Shown here in pieces: positions 1 to 10,815 of a stretch of 64,000 nucleotides of DNA. A program made the position numbers and the translations under genes. This stretch comes from Gammaproteobacteria bacterium (GTDB taxonomy: Bacteria > Pseudomonadota > Gammaproteobacteria > G965277405). The stretch covers positions 2,110,578 to 2,174,577 of the forward strand of contig OZ255726.1 of the NCBI GenBank assembly GCA_965277405.1, written 5' to 3'. Under the pieces are notes generated by a model, which ran no database searches, was not told the DNA's origin, and saw only the letters and a list, made by a program, of their open reading frames with translations. Position 1 is the first letter of the stretch; each line of letters starts with the position of its first letter.

Positions 1-115
1 TCCTACCAAAATAGGTTGCATTGAAGCTATCATAGCAAACGTTCCAGCAGACAATCCAGCACTAATTGAAAGATAGAAGAAACAAAAATATACAAATTGT
101 ATTAACAAGCCGATT

Positions 116-1139
116 GGCTATGTTCTGATAGTTTGTTGAAATGCTGTATACAGCATATCCCTCATGAAGCTGGCAGGGGATATATCTCCCCGTTTATTAA
201 GCTCAAACCAACGAAACCATCCACAATATTTATGAAGATTTTTAGTTGCAACACCATGAAAAGGGGCTAGCCATTGCTTGAGCCTCATGTGGTAAGCGTT
301 CACCGTTTGAATATGAAAAACTTTGTCTTTGACCCGCTCACCAAGGCTTTGATTTAACACGACATGATTGATATTTTTCTGCTTGGCTAGATGCTCATAA
401 TTGATATGACCGTCGGTACAGAGAACCAGATCGTCGGCGAGTTTAGGTACAAAGGTTGCCTGTAATTGATCCAGCGTAAAGTGCTCTACAACCTGATCGA
501 CAATGTTGCCACTTCGATCGATGCCAATAACAGCTTTCACTGTAGATGCTTTGCTATTACCGCGTTTTCGCGGCTTGCCAGTGGTTAAATAGCGACTGCC
601 TTTTTCAGAATATTTAAACCAAGTTTCATCTATTTCGACAATGCCTTCAAGCTGCTTGCTCATAAGTAAATCAGCCAATTTAAGAAATTTATGACGCCAT
701 GTGAATGCCGTGGTGAGGTTGATGCCGCATTCCTTTGCAGCAATGCGCAGCGATTTTGAATCAACCATCGTTTGGCAGTATTGTTCCCACAGTTCAGGCT
801 TATGCAGACCATTCAATTCTGAACCCGTTAGTGCATTATAGGTTTTTAAGCATGATCGACAACGATACCGCTGACGTCCTTTTGACGTGCCCCACTTATA
901 GGTACTGTCATGTTGGCAATGAGGGCATCCATGTACCGCTTGTTCAAGTAATTTCAGCACTTGAGGTTGCGATTCTGGATTGATTAAATGCTGTTCTAAG
1001 TCAGCCTTTTGCTTTAGAGAAAGCCCATTAACTGCTTGTTTTAACTGATTAAATTCAGAGGTCTTCATGATTTAGAGCATTGTGGATGTGATTGATACTT
1101 GTAGCATATCATATTTCAACAATTTATTCAAATAGAGCC
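116..1139 (-). mobile_element. Complete IS1595-family insertion sequence (1024 bp)
   Basis: Imperfect 26-bp terminal inverted repeats GGCTATGTTCTGATAGTTTGTTGAAA (116-141) and TTTCAACAATTTATTCAAATAGAGCC (1114-1139). Perfect 8-bp direct repeat AGCCGATT at 108-115 and 1140-1147. Intact transposase inside. Confidence 0.93.
118..1068 (-). CDS. IS1595-family DDE transposase
   Basis: CPHC...RYRCRSC zinc ribbon, TAFTWRHKFL HTH region, VEIDETW, LCTDG and HIQTVNAYH...GVATKNL motifs. Confidence 0.93.
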   Translation of the reverse strand: MKTSEFNQLKQAVNGLSLKQKADLEQHLINPESQPQVLKLLEQAVHGCPHCQHDSTYKWGTSKGRQRYRCRSCLKTYNALTGSELNGLHKPELWEQYCQTMVDSKSLRIAAKECGINLTTAFTWRHKFLKLADLLMSKQLEGIVEIDETWFKYSEKGSRYLTTGKPRKRGNSKASTVKAVIGIDRSGNIVDQVVEHFTLDQLQATFVPKLADDLVLCTDGHINYEHLAKQKNINHVVLNQSLGERVKDKVFHIQTVNAYHMRLKQWLAPFHGVATKNLHKYCGWFRWFELNKRGDISPASFMRDMLYTAFQQTIRT

Positions 1140-1411
1140 AGCCGATTATAGAAATATTTAACCAAGAATACACATTTTTTGGCCATTTTAGTTTTAAAAG
1201 AAAAATTATTGGTAGGGTAAGTATTATTACAAAAAAATAACGCATGGCAAGAAATGTTAATGGTTCTATATATTCGAGTCAAATTTTTACAAATGAAAAT
1301 CCTGACGCACATAGCAGTATAAAAATTATTGGAAGAAACAAAGAAAACACAAGATTACTATTTTTCATACAACAACCTTTTTATAACTTTAACTTATCAA
1401 CGGTTCGTGAA

Positions 1412-1458
1412 GGCAGCTCCGATTAACTCGCTCCATCAGCGACTTAATCAGAGCTTCC
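1412..1458. repeat. 47-bp palindromic IS5-end-like mini-element, full copy
   Basis: GGCAGCTCCGATTAA-CTCGCT-CCATC-AGCGAC-TTAATCAGAGCTTCC followed by CTAA. Confidence 0.85.
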
Positions 1459-1641
1459 CTAACTGCTTCCATGGAATAACAGCTGCTAATTTCTCAAGCA
1501 ATATTTCACTACAGGTTTTGCGTTGTTTATGTGCGTATTCCAATTCTGCAAACGTCATTTGCTTCATATCAATGCTCAACAACAATAGTTAGAGCATTAT
1601 GACATATTAGCAATTATTTTGGGGGTTTTATCAGAGCTGCC
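1459..1641 (-). mobile_element. IS5-family left-end remnant (terminal IR plus transposase N-terminus)
   Basis: Minus strand begins GGCAGCTCTGATAAAA next to CTAG (1642-1645). ATG 1567 gives MKQMTFAELEYAHKQRKTCSEILLEKLAAVIPWKQL, matching IS5-group transposase N-termini. It is truncated at the mini-element. Confidence 0.8.
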
Positions 1642-2164
1642 CTAGGTGGAATTTCCTCCCAAAGCATCACTACAACAAAGCTTTTGAGCTGTTGATACCC
1701 GCATGCGATGATTTTTTGAGTAATGAGGAATAAAGATATTTTCTATGCAAACATATGTTAATGCAGTGGTCTTAAGATGGGCACAAATACTACAGATCCT
1801 CTATAACCAAGAGGCGTTATATGATATCTTTCAAGAGAGCAGGCTTGCTACAATCAGCGTCCAAATGACAATTTTTATTAACATATCTTAATATTGCGCT
1901 TTAAGCACTCAAATGATCACAAGACTTAATATTTTTGTGTAGTATGCTCCAACTTTAGCATAGTAATTGCTGAACATACTGCGTAGGTTGCCAATATCAT
2001 TGACTGCTCAATGTGTGTGATTTGCTTGCCAAAGGTCTAATAGTTCATGGTTTCTTAGTTGTATATATAATAGTTGTATATGTATAGTTGTATTATAGTT
2101 GTGTTGTATAGTTGCTGATCCGCAATGGTTAGTATTTATTTAACGCTTTGTTGTTATTTTTAGG

Positions 2165-3685
2165 ATGAGACATATGGATGCTGTTATCTCTTGGGTAGGA
2201 GGAGTAGTTTGGAGTCCTGCATTAGTTTACTTGCTGCTGATTGTGAGTTTAGTTTATTCAGTATATACGCGCTTTGTACAAGTACGCTTGTTTAAGCATA
2301 TGTTTAGCTTATTGCGTTTAAAGAAAGATACTGCAAAAGGCATATCGTCGTTCCAAGCGCTTGCAGTTACGCTTTCTGGACGTGTTGGTACTGGTAATAT
2401 TGCTGGTGTTGCCGCTGCCATTGGCTTTGGTGGACCTGGTGCGGTGTTTTGGATGTGGGTGGTGGCTTTTTTAGGCGCTGCTACTTCATATATTGAATGT
2501 ACCTTAGGACAAATTTATAAGGAAAATGATAGGGATAATATAGAGTATCGTGGCGGTCCTGCTTACTATATTGAAAAAGCTCTTAACTGGAAGTGGTTCG
2601 CTATATTGTTTTCAGTGGTAACCTTAGCTTCTGTAGGTATTTTCTTACCTGGCGTGCAGGCTAACGGCATTGCTAACGCTTTTCAAAATGCTTTTGGGGG
2701 TACTCACATGATGAGTATTTTTGGAGATTCCGTTACCGATACGCAACTTTGGGCAATTATATTTATTGTGGTGGTGTTAGCCATCATTATTATAGGGGGG
2801 ATTAAGCGTATTGCTAAGTTTGCACAAATTGTAGTGCCTTTTATGGCATTGGCTTATATTTTGCTTTCCCTCACTATCATCATTAGCAATATTACTGAAC
2901 TGCCACGTGTCATTGGCTTGATTGTGGGCGACGCATTTGCACCGATGGCAGGTTTAGGTGCTGTAATTGGTTGGGGTGTTAAACGTGGGGTTTACTCTAA
3001 CGAAGCTGGGCAAGGTACCGCACCACACGCCTCAGCTGCTGCTAATGTAGAGCATCCTGCACAACAAGGCTTAGTACAAGCGCTCTCCGTTTACATTGAT
3101 ACTTTATTGGTTTGTAGCTCCACAGCATTTATGATCTTAATTACTGGCTCTTACAATGTAAAAGGTGTCGATGGTGGCTTTGTAGTACAAAATTTAGCAG
3201 CCGATATCAGCGCCAATGGCCCAGCTTTTACCCAAACCGCAATCGAAACTGTGTTACCAGGAACCGGTGCAGTGTTAGTTGCTTTTGCATTGCTGTTTTT
3301 TGCTTTCACAACCATTTTAGCCTACTACTATATGGCAGAAACTAATCTCAGCTACCTGATGCGTAATAGTAGTTATGACGGTAAAGCTTGGCTTTTTATC
3401 TTAAAAATAATCCTTATTGTATCGGTATTTTACGGCGGTGTTAAATCAGCAGAGCTTGCTTGGGAATTAGGTGATATAGGGGTTGGTTTGATGGCATGGG
3501 TAAACATTATTGCTCTCATTATTATTACCTTTAAAGCCAAACCTGCTCTTAGAGCATTAAAGGACTATGAAGCGCAAAGGGCGCAAAAAGTATCTTCATA
3601 CAGTTTTGACCCTAAATCCTTGGGGATTGAAGGGGCAACATTTTGGGAAGATAAATTAGAACAGAAAAAAATTAGTAAATCTTAA
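2165..3685 (+). CDS. Alanine/glycine:cation symporter (AGCS family)
   Basis: GISSFQAL..LSGRVGTGNIAGVA, GGPGAVFWMW, YRGGPAYY and KRGVYSNEAGQG signatures. Confidence 0.95.
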   Translation: MRHMDAVISWVGGVVWSPALVYLLLIVSLVYSVYTRFVQVRLFKHMFSLLRLKKDTAKGISSFQALAVTLSGRVGTGNIAGVAAAIGFGGPGAVFWMWVVAFLGAATSYIECTLGQIYKENDRDNIEYRGGPAYYIEKALNWKWFAILFSVVTLASVGIFLPGVQANGIANAFQNAFGGTHMMSIFGDSVTDTQLWAIIFIVVVLAIIIIGGIKRIAKFAQIVVPFMALAYILLSLTIIISNITELPRVIGLIVGDAFAPMAGLGAVIGWGVKRGVYSNEAGQGTAPHASAAANVEHPAQQGLVQALSVYIDTLLVCSSTAFMILITGSYNVKGVDGGFVVQNLAADISANGPAFTQTAIETVLPGTGAVLVAFALLFFAFTTILAYYYMAETNLSYLMRNSSYDGKAWLFILKIILIVSVFYGGVKSAELAWELGDIGVGLMAWVNIIALIIITFKAKPALRALKDYEAQRAQKVSSYSFDPKSLGIEGATFWEDKLEQKKISKS

Positions 3686-3699
3686 TTGGTTGAATCAAC

Positions 3700-3735
3700 T
3701 GCAAACAAAGCGGCTGCTAGCCCCTTTGTTTTGCA
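3700..3735 (+). terminator. Probable intrinsic terminator hairpin after the AGCS gene
   Basis: Imperfect stem TGCAAACAAAGCGGCT-GCT-AGCCCCTTTGTTTTGCA with a T-rich 3' arm, 14 bp after the stop. Confidence 0.55.
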
Positions 3736-3924
3736 AGACTATGTTGATACGCCAGCTGATTATTTAACAAACAGTTGCTATTCCTAAAGAGTAGACAAGG
3801 CATTGGTATAAATCTTGCAAGAAGAGGCGTCATTATAGTCAGCGGCTGGTTTGATATTTTGCTGTAATAACCTTTATCTGCGTATATGGCATTTGTTACT
3901 GGAAGCGACTACTTTGTCCGCCAA

Positions 3925-5286
3925 TTATTTCAGAAATTTTAAACGCTTAAATTCGTGTAGTAACAGCATCATTGTATAGACAATAATCACTCCATCTATT
4001 AATGCAGATCCCCAGTATATAGATTGTGTCCCAAATAAAGCTGGTAAAATAAGCATCATGGGGACAAAAAAGATTAATTGCCTCGCTATCCCTACAATCG
4101 CAGCAGGTTTTCCTTTATCAATAGCAGGAAAAAAGCTCATTGCCATAAAAATAATTGGCATTATAGGGAGAACAGAAATAATAATTCTAAAATTCCATAT
4201 GCTTTCTTTTGTTAAATTACTGTTTACTAACATAGTCCCTAATGCTATATCTGGCATCATCATTATCATAATCCATATGGGCAGTATTATTAATACTCCT
4301 GTGATTGTAAAAACCCAAAAACTCTGTATAACTCTACGGTACTGTCTCGCACCATAATTAATCCCTGCTACAGGTTGTAGTGCACGCATAAGCCCGTAAA
4401 GTGGCGTCATTAAGAGGTTTATTATTCTGAAAGTAGCTCCATAAAATGCAATTTCAAAAATAGATCCGTAATTAGATAACGCATTAAATATTACAATTGC
4501 TTGTACAATAGTCATAACCGTCATTATCAATGCAGGAGCTCCCATTGACAAAATAGATTTGATTATTTCTTTATCCCAATGTAATGTTTTTGGAAAAGAA
4601 GGAAAGGATGTTTTACCTCCTCTAAAATAAAGATATCCTAGTAAAGAGTATACAAGCATACCAATATTTGATGCCCATGAGGCTCCTGCCACTCCATAAT
4701 CCAACAGTACAACAAAAATATAATTAAACAATGTATTTGCAACCAAGCCAATTCCCATCATCCAAGCAGCCATTTTCATCTTTCCTTCTGCTCGAACCAC
4801 CATATTTGCAGACAATCCATATATCCAGAAAAATGCACCAAGCACACTAATTCTGAAATACGTAACTCCAAAATCTAATGGAATACCTGTACCACCCATC
4901 ATTTTTACTAACGGTTCTGCAAAAATCAATGCCAAAACCGTATACATAACCGAACATATAATATTCAAGGAATTAAAGTTTCCTAAAAGGCGTTTTTGTT
5001 TTTTTATATCATTAGATCCTAAGGCAATACTTAATAGAGATCCTGCTCCAACTCCTATCAAAGAGCCTATTCCCATAGTAAAAGACGCTAAAGGATATAC
5101 GATCGAAACTCCCGCTAAAGCATTTTCGCCAACAAAAATTCCTACAAAAACTGCATCTAACAATACATTGCATCCATATAAGACCATTGCTATAATAGCT
5201 GGGCATGAGAGTTTCCACATAACCGACCACATATTTTTGGTAAGTATGAATTGTTTTTGTGTTTGTGTTTGTGTTTGATTGTTCAT
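3925..5286 (-). CDS. MATE-family efflux transporter (MepA-like)
   Basis: KLSCPAIIAM, ALAGVSIVYP, VRAEGK, NTLFNYIFVVLLDYGVAGASWAS and QPVAGINYGA motifs; about 12 TM segments. Start is uncertain (5286 or 5298). Confidence 0.9.
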   Translation of the reverse strand: MNNQTQTQTQKQFILTKNMWSVMWKLSCPAIIAMVLYGCNVLLDAVFVGIFVGENALAGVSIVYPLASFTMGIGSLIGVGAGSLLSIALGSNDIKKQKRLLGNFNSLNIICSVMYTVLALIFAEPLVKMMGGTGIPLDFGVTYFRISVLGAFFWIYGLSANMVVRAEGKMKMAAWMMGIGLVANTLFNYIFVVLLDYGVAGASWASNIGMLVYSLLGYLYFRGGKTSFPSFPKTLHWDKEIIKSILSMGAPALIMTVMTIVQAIVIFNALSNYGSIFEIAFYGATFRIINLLMTPLYGLMRALQPVAGINYGARQYRRVIQSFWVFTITGVLIILPIWIMIMMMPDIALGTMLVNSNLTKESIWNFRIIISVLPIMPIIFMAMSFFPAIDKGKPAAIVGIARQLIFFVPMMLILPALFGTQSIYWGSALIDGVIIVYTMMLLLHEFKRLKFLK

Positions 5287-5430
5287 TGTTTTCAACATTT
5301 ATTTGATTGTATTGTCAAATTTCAATTTAACAACTATCTATATTGTTACTTAGCGATATTTATAGTGCTTTACGCTTGGGTAAGCTACGATAAATATAAA
5401 ATTACTAAAAAAAAATGGCGGCACGCATCG

Positions 5431-5464
5431 GGAATCTCTGATTAACTCGCTGATGGAGCGAGTT
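5431..5464. repeat. Mini-element copy (left arm plus inner hairpin)
   Basis: GGAATCTCTGATTAA-CTCGCT-GATGG-AGCGAG-TT. Confidence 0.8.
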
Positions 5465-5755
5465 TGGCTGCAATATTCTAAGATATAAGCGCATAATAGC
5501 CTGATTACATATTGTATGTCTGGCTGTTATTTTGTAGTCTGGCTGTTATTCATTAGTGATGTATTTATCTTGTCCATATCGTCTGCTGATAAGACAAACC
5601 AACCACTCTTTGCTTGATTCGCGTTTCCTGGGACAATAAAAATTGTTTTTATTGAAATCAAACTCATTGAAAAAGGCTTTACAATTTTATAATAGTTTTT
5701 CATTATTTTATATTCATCGAATACAATCTATTTACTAAAATCTTTGTTATTTACC

Positions 5756-5770
5756 TTAATCAGAGGTTCC
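5756..5770. repeat. Mini-element/IS5 right arm
   Basis: TTAATCAGAGGTTCC followed by TTAG. Confidence 0.75.
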
Positions 5771-5789
5771 TTAGAGATTACTCAAACAG

Positions 5790-6575
5790 CTATTGCGAAA
5801 TGCAGCGCGTGCTGTTGTCGATAAAGCGCAGGGCAGAAAGCACAGTTAACGCCGATGTTTTAGGGTTACCAGGCAGCTGGTTGCTGGCAATAGTAAAATG
5901 CATGTTGCCAAAATCTCCATGCGCGTCGATGGTATGGACATTTTGACGAATGTTAGGGTCAGCGTATAGCCTGACAACGGTGGCATCAAGCCCTATTCCT
6001 GCTAGCGCAACGCTGGCGGTGACATTGGCATTTTTTGGAAAGGCTAACGCAGCATTGCGTGCTGTGTCATGAAACAACAATGTTTTTTCATTGAGTTTAG
6101 CTAAATCAAACTGCTGCTGTGCTTGAGTTCCTGACCAACTCATCGGTGGTTTACACGCGCTATAGCTGACAGATTGTAATTTGCCAAAACTGGCAGAGCG
6201 CAGCGCATCAATGGCTCCAATAGCGCCAGCAAGCAAGTGGAGCTTGGCGTTGCTGGGAATAGCAGCTAATATTGTTGGATCTGCCAGCGCGCCGATTGAT
6301 AACATGCCGCATTCATACCCATGTTGCAGCGCTGGGACGAGGTGTATTTTGACAGCAGCATGTTCGGCACACTCGATGATGAGGGCATCTTGCGGCAAGG
6401 TTTGATGGTCGATTGATGCGCTGAAAACTGTGTCGCCTGTGGCAGTAGCTTGCAGTTTGGCTACGCGTGCTGGAGTTTCTATGATACGGATTATCGACGC
6501 AGCATTGGTTGTTTGGATGGCTGCGTGAATGGCTGAGCCGATGGCTCCAAAGCCAATTAAAACAATAGGGCGCAT
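5790..6575 (-). CDS. nadX: L-aspartate dehydrogenase
   Basis: LIGFGAIG Rossmann motif, SIGALAD, GAIGAIDAL, KPP.SW, FPKNANVTA, NVHTI and NPKTSAL. Confidence 0.9.
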   Translation of the reverse strand: MRPIVLIGFGAIGSAIHAAIQTTNAASIIRIIETPARVAKLQATATGDTVFSASIDHQTLPQDALIIECAEHAAVKIHLVPALQHGYECGMLSIGALADPTILAAIPSNAKLHLLAGAIGAIDALRSASFGKLQSVSYSACKPPMSWSGTQAQQQFDLAKLNEKTLLFHDTARNAALAFPKNANVTASVALAGIGLDATVVRLYADPNIRQNVHTIDAHGDFGNMHFTIASNQLPGNPKTSALTVLSALRFIDNSTRCISQ

Positions 6576-6627
6576 GTGTTTTCTTGTAACATGTGTATAA
6601 AATGTGGATAAAATGTGGATATGAAGG

Positions 6628-8109
6628 CTAGCAACTGAATAGGTTCATGAACTCGTGTACAGCCATTTTCTCGAGGGTTGATTGGTCAAGCGCGACTTGC
6701 ATGATTGCTTCAACCCGGCTTTCAGCAAATCTTGTGCGCAGGTTGTTCGCGAATTTTTGTTCGAGGACAGGGATGCCTGCTGCGCGGCGGCGGCGGTGGC
6801 CAATTGGGTATTCAACTTCAATTTTTTCGCTGTTGCTACCGTCGCTGTAAAATAGCTGGACGGCGTTGGCAATGGCGCGTTTGTCAGCTAGATGATATTC
6901 TGCGCTGTAGCGTGTATCTTCGATAATCACCATTTTTTCACGCAGGATATCTATTGTTGGATTGTCAGCATGGAAGCTGTTTTCGTAGTGCTCTGCGGTG
7001 ACATCACCAAATAATAACGCTACAGCTACCATATATTGCAGGCAATGGTCGCGGTCGGCAGGGTTGGCAAGTGGACCAACTTTGGAAATGATACGAATTG
7101 CTGATTGATGCGTAGTAATGACAATTTTGTCAATCTTGTCAAGATTGGCAACTAGCTGCGGGTGCAGGGTAACGCCTGCTTCACACGCGGTCTGGGCGTG
7201 AAACTCGGCTGGAAACGATATTTTAAACAAAATATTCTCCATTACATAACTGCGATACGGCTGGTTGCGTGAAAAAACGCAATCTTGTTGATCTTTGATG
7301 CTATTGTCAGAATTTCGTTTGCTGAAAAGTACGTCATAAAAACCCCATTGTCGCGCAGTGAGGACGCTTGGAATCCCCATTTCACCACGCAACGTCATCA
7401 TTGCAAGATACACGGCGCGGGATGTTGCATCTCCAGCTGCCCAAGACTTGCGCGAACCTGCGTTTGGTGCGTGGCGATAGGTTCGCAATGCTTGTCCATC
7501 AACCCATGCCTGCGACACCGCGTCGATGATTTGCTCGCGGTTGCCACCAAGCAATTGGGTGACAACTGCTGTTGACGCTACTTTGACTAACACTACATGG
7601 TCTAGACCAACACGGTTGAAGCTATTTTCTAATGCGAGAACCCCTTGGATTTCGTGGGCTTTAATCATCGCTTCGAGCACTTGGCGCATCGATAACGGTG
7701 CTGTCGCTGCGGCGATATTGCAACGGCTAATGTAGTCGGCTACGGCTAAAATTCCACCAAGGTTGTCGGATGGATGCCCCCATTCTGCTGCAAGCCACGT
7801 GTCATTAAAATCTAACCAGCGGATGATGCAACCAATATCCCAAGCGGCTTTTACTGGGTCCATGACATATGTCGTGCCTGGAACCCGCGCGCCATTTGGC
7901 ACAACAGTGCCTGGAACGTGTGGTCCGAGTAATTTGGTACATTCGGGAAAGCGTAGCGCTAATATGCCACAGCCGAGGGTGTCTATCAGGCAGTTGCGTG
8001 CTGTCGTCCATGCTGCTGTTGATTGGATGTTGTATTGAACGACATAGTCAGCAATGTCAACCAATACTTGGTCTGGAGTTGGGCGTTGGTTGAGGTCTAC
8101 GTTATGCAT
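6628..8109 (-). CDS. prpD: 2-methylcitrate dehydratase
   Basis: [49 protein letters not shown] and YPIGHRRRR. Confidence 0.97.
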   Translation of the reverse strand: MHNVDLNQRPTPDQVLVDIADYVVQYNIQSTAAWTTARNCLIDTLGCGILALRFPECTKLLGPHVPGTVVPNGARVPGTTYVMDPVKAAWDIGCIIRWLDFNDTWLAAEWGHPSDNLGGILAVADYISRCNIAAATAPLSMRQVLEAMIKAHEIQGVLALENSFNRVGLDHVVLVKVASTAVVTQLLGGNREQIIDAVSQAWVDGQALRTYRHAPNAGSRKSWAAGDATSRAVYLAMMTLRGEMGIPSVLTARQWGFYDVLFSKRNSDNSIKDQQDCVFSRNQPYRSYVMENILFKISFPAEFHAQTACEAGVTLHPQLVANLDKIDKIVITTHQSAIRIISKVGPLANPADRDHCLQYMVAVALLFGDVTAEHYENSFHADNPTIDILREKMVIIEDTRYSAEYHLADKRAIANAVQLFYSDGSNSEKIEVEYPIGHRRRRAAGIPVLEQKFANNLRTRFAESRVEAIMQVALDQSTLEKMAVHEFMNLFSC

Positions 8110-8284
8110 AATTGATATGGGAAAATGGAATTTGCTGAAGTGGTTGTTGGCGAGGTTTGCAGCAAATCAGTTGCTTGCAAATAATCGCATTACGCATCGC
8201 GCGGGTCGTTTGTTGGCACAAATGGTGCGATATACACTGCGAGATACACGTTGTTATAGCTGTGAAATTTTGATTACGTATTCC

Positions 8285-9421
8285 TTAGCGTTGATCCAGC
8301 GGTAGCCACGGCAGATGGTCGGCGCCAATATAGTTGGCGCTTGGTCGGATAATTTTACCGTCTTGGCGCTGTTCAATGCAGTGCGCTCCCCATCCTGTTA
8401 TGCGCGCAATGACAAACAACGGGGTGAACATCGTCATCGGTACACGCAGTTGATGGTATGAAACCGCTGAATACCAGTCGAGATTCGGGAACATGTTTTT
8501 TTCGCTCCACATGACTTGTTCGATGCGTTGGGCAATTTCATACATTGCCGTGCTTGAGTTTTGTTGTGAAAGCGACAAGGCTACCCGCTTAATAATTTCA
8601 TTACGCGGGTCGGCAATTGTGTAGACAGGGTGGCCAAAGCCAATCACTATTTCTTTGTTGCGGATACGCTCGCGAATATCTGCTTCTGCTGCATCTGGCG
8701 AGTTGTAGCGTTGTTGGATTGCAAATGACACTTCGTTCGCCCCACCATGTTTTGGCCCACGCAAAGTACCAATAGCAGCGGTAATCGCAGAATATATGTC
8801 AGAATTGGTACTGGCAACGACACGTGCACTAAAGGTTGAGGCATTGAATTCGTGCTCGGCATATAAAATCAGCGAGGTATGCATTGCCCGAACAGCGCTC
8901 GGCGATGGAGTGGTGCCATGGAGTAATTCGAGAAAATGACCGCCGATTGAGTCTTGTTCTGAGGTAACTTGGATGCGAATACCACGGGTTGAATACGCGT
9001 GCCAGTAGAGCAATATTGAGGTAAAACTTGCGAGCATGCGGTCGATGATATCGCGGGTTTCTGCCACTGGCATACACGTTTGTTCTGGGAAACAAGCCCC
9101 AAGTACCGAGCAACCAGTGCGGAGCACATCCATTGGATGGGTGGCTGGTGGCAGGGCTTCTATTGCTTGTTTTACCGGCTGGGGAATGCCGCGCAGCGAC
9201 TGCAGCTTTTGTTTATAATTAGCAAGCTCACTGGCAGTTGGTAGTGTGCCATGGATGAGCAGGTAGGCAATTTCTTCAAACTCTGCGCATTCGGCAAAAT
9301 CATGGATATCGTAGCCGCGGTAATGCAGGTCATTGCCGCTATGTCCAACGGTGCAAATTGCGGTGTTGCCTGCGGTAATACCTGATAATGCCACAGATTT
9401 TTTTTGCTTTTTTTTATCCAT
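8285..9421 (-). CDS. prpC: 2-methylcitrate synthase
   Basis: [55 protein letters not shown] and FPNLDWYSA; lies between prpB and prpD. Confidence 0.96.
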   Translation of the reverse strand: MDKKKQKKSVALSGITAGNTAICTVGHSGNDLHYRGYDIHDFAECAEFEEIAYLLIHGTLPTASELANYKQKLQSLRGIPQPVKQAIEALPPATHPMDVLRTGCSVLGACFPEQTCMPVAETRDIIDRMLASFTSILLYWHAYSTRGIRIQVTSEQDSIGGHFLELLHGTTPSPSAVRAMHTSLILYAEHEFNASTFSARVVASTNSDIYSAITAAIGTLRGPKHGGANEVSFAIQQRYNSPDAAEADIRERIRNKEIVIGFGHPVYTIADPRNEIIKRVALSLSQQNSSTAMYEIAQRIEQVMWSEKNMFPNLDWYSAVSYHQLRVPMTMFTPLFVIARITGWGAHCIEQRQDGKIIRPSANYIGADHLPWLPLDQR

Positions 9422-9423
9422 AC

Positions 9424-10308
9424 TTAGTCACTCCGTTGTTGTTGATTAAATATATCATCGAGGCGCTTTTCAACTGCGTGATACCCTAAATATTGATATA
9501 GTTCCTCTCTGGTTTGCATTGTCTTTAGCACATTAGCCTGAGTACCGTCTTGCAAAATATGTGCATACACTTGTTGCGCGGCTTTGCTCATGGCACGGAA
9601 GGCACTGAGTGGATACAGTATCAGTTGAATCCCAACATTGGCAAGTTCGGTCCGCGTAAACAATGGTGTTGCTCCAAATTCTGTAATATTGGCGAGTATC
9701 GGCACATCCACAGCGCGACAGATGGTTTTGTATTCTGCTAAAGTGTGGATTGCTTCTGGGAATGCCATGTCTGCCCCAGCTTCGATGCACGCCGCAAGGC
9801 GATCTATCGCAGCCTGCATCCCTTCAACTGCAAAGGCATCAGTACGCGCCATTATAACGAATGAAGCGTCGTGTCTGGCATCCACACAGGCCTTGATGCG
9901 GTCGACCATGTCATCTTTACTGATAATTGCTTTGTTGGGGCGGTGGCCACAACGTTTTTGCATAACCTGGTCTTCAATATGCAGTGCTGCGGCACCAGCT
10001 TGGGAAATTTCACGAACTGCGCGGGCGATGTTTAAAGCTCCTCCCCAGCCGGTATCAATATCCACCAGCAACGGCAGTTTGCTGACCGCAGTAATGCGTT
10101 TGGCATCTTCAACAACATCATGCAGGGTTGAGATGCCAAGGTCAGGAGCTCCAAGCGATGAAGCTGCGACCCCTCCGCCTGATAAGTACAGCGCCGTATG
10201 ACCAGTTTGTTCTGCCATAATCGCAGCGTAGGCGGTAATCGCCCCGACGATTTGTAACGGCGCGTGGTTGGCAACAGCTTGACGCAAGCGAAATCCTGGG
10301 GTGTTCAT
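9424..10308 (-). CDS. prpB: Methylisocitrate lyase
   Basis: [30 protein letters not shown] and ANITEFG.TP. Confidence 0.97.
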   Translation of the reverse strand: MNTPGFRLRQAVANHAPLQIVGAITAYAAIMAEQTGHTALYLSGGGVAASSLGAPDLGISTLHDVVEDAKRITAVSKLPLLVDIDTGWGGALNIARAVREISQAGAAALHIEDQVMQKRCGHRPNKAIISKDDMVDRIKACVDARHDASFVIMARTDAFAVEGMQAAIDRLAACIEAGADMAFPEAIHTLAEYKTICRAVDVPILANITEFGATPLFTRTELANVGIQLILYPLSAFRAMSKAAQQVYAHILQDGTQANVLKTMQTREELYQYLGYHAVEKRLDDIFNQQQRSD

Positions 10309-10495
10309 AACTTTCCTCGAGCAAAACGATATTTGGGGAGCATAGTTGCGATGATTTGCAGACGGTATAATGTTGCTGATAGCATATCAATTTCCAGTTA
10401 TATGGTGCATTAGCAGCGCCGAGCAATGGTTATAAATGATGAGATTGGGGGTCTGTAGATAAGTTTCTTCCATGTAAATATTGTGGTAATGAGTA

Positions 10496-10780
10496 TTATT
10501 CTGCTGTATCTACGACGATTCGCTGCAGCCGCAGCGGTCGTACGATATCAATTGCTTGTTGATATGTTGCGTGTTGTTTGAATCGAGTTAAAGCATTTTT
10601 ATTAGCAAAAGTACAATGAAGGACTACATCAAACTCGGTTGATTGTGCGTCAAGTTTTAGGTTTGCTCCTACCATAAAGTTTTCAACGTTTGGAATTGTA
10701 GATAGTAATCGCAGACCATCGATTATTTGCGTTGTGTTGTCTGCAGACTTGCTGCTGAATAAAACTGTATGGTGTATCAT
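10496..10780 (-). CDS. Dabb (stress-responsive A/B barrel) protein
   Basis: 94 aa; MIHHTVLF start, FDVVLHCTF, F.QH..Y and RIVVD C-terminus. Confidence 0.8.
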   Translation of the reverse strand: MIHHTVLFSSKSADNTTQIIDGLRLLSTIPNVENFMVGANLKLDAQSTEFDVVLHCTFANKNALTRFKQHATYQQAIDIVRPLRLQRIVVDTAE

Positions 10781-10815
10781 GAAGAATAGGCGGCGGAAGT
10801 GATATGTACAGATAT

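Larger units (their letters stand above)
1..1368 (-). pseudogene. EamA/DMT-family transporter pseudogene, interrupted by an IS1595 element and an in-frame TGA; continues past the window start
   Basis: Manual translation from ATG 1368 gives MKNSNLVFSLFLPIIFILLCASGFSFVKI*LEYIEPLTFLAMRY...WLNISIIG. After removing the IS and one target copy the frame continues LLIQFVYFCFFYLSISAGLSAGTFAMIASMQPILVG. EPLTFLAxR and ASMQPIL are typical EamA motifs. Confidence 0.85.

Noticed and set aside
1279-1281. In-frame TGA at a position that is usually Gly, suggesting stop-codon reassignment
   Set aside because: TGA is the normal terminator of sdhC, sdhD, eno, mltB and others here, and the gene is also IS-disrupted, so this is a simple nonsense mutation.
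1646-2164. Glycine riboswitch or gene remnant upstream of the AGCS gene
   Set aside because: No GGAGA...CCGAAG...CTCTCAGG core and no recognisable protein fragment.
8262-8288. Further mini-element relics at the prpC stop (CTAAGGAAT on minus), at 19311-19325 and at 43893-43930
   Set aside because: Matches are only 8-11 bp and could be chance or RBS-like sequence, so they were not counted.
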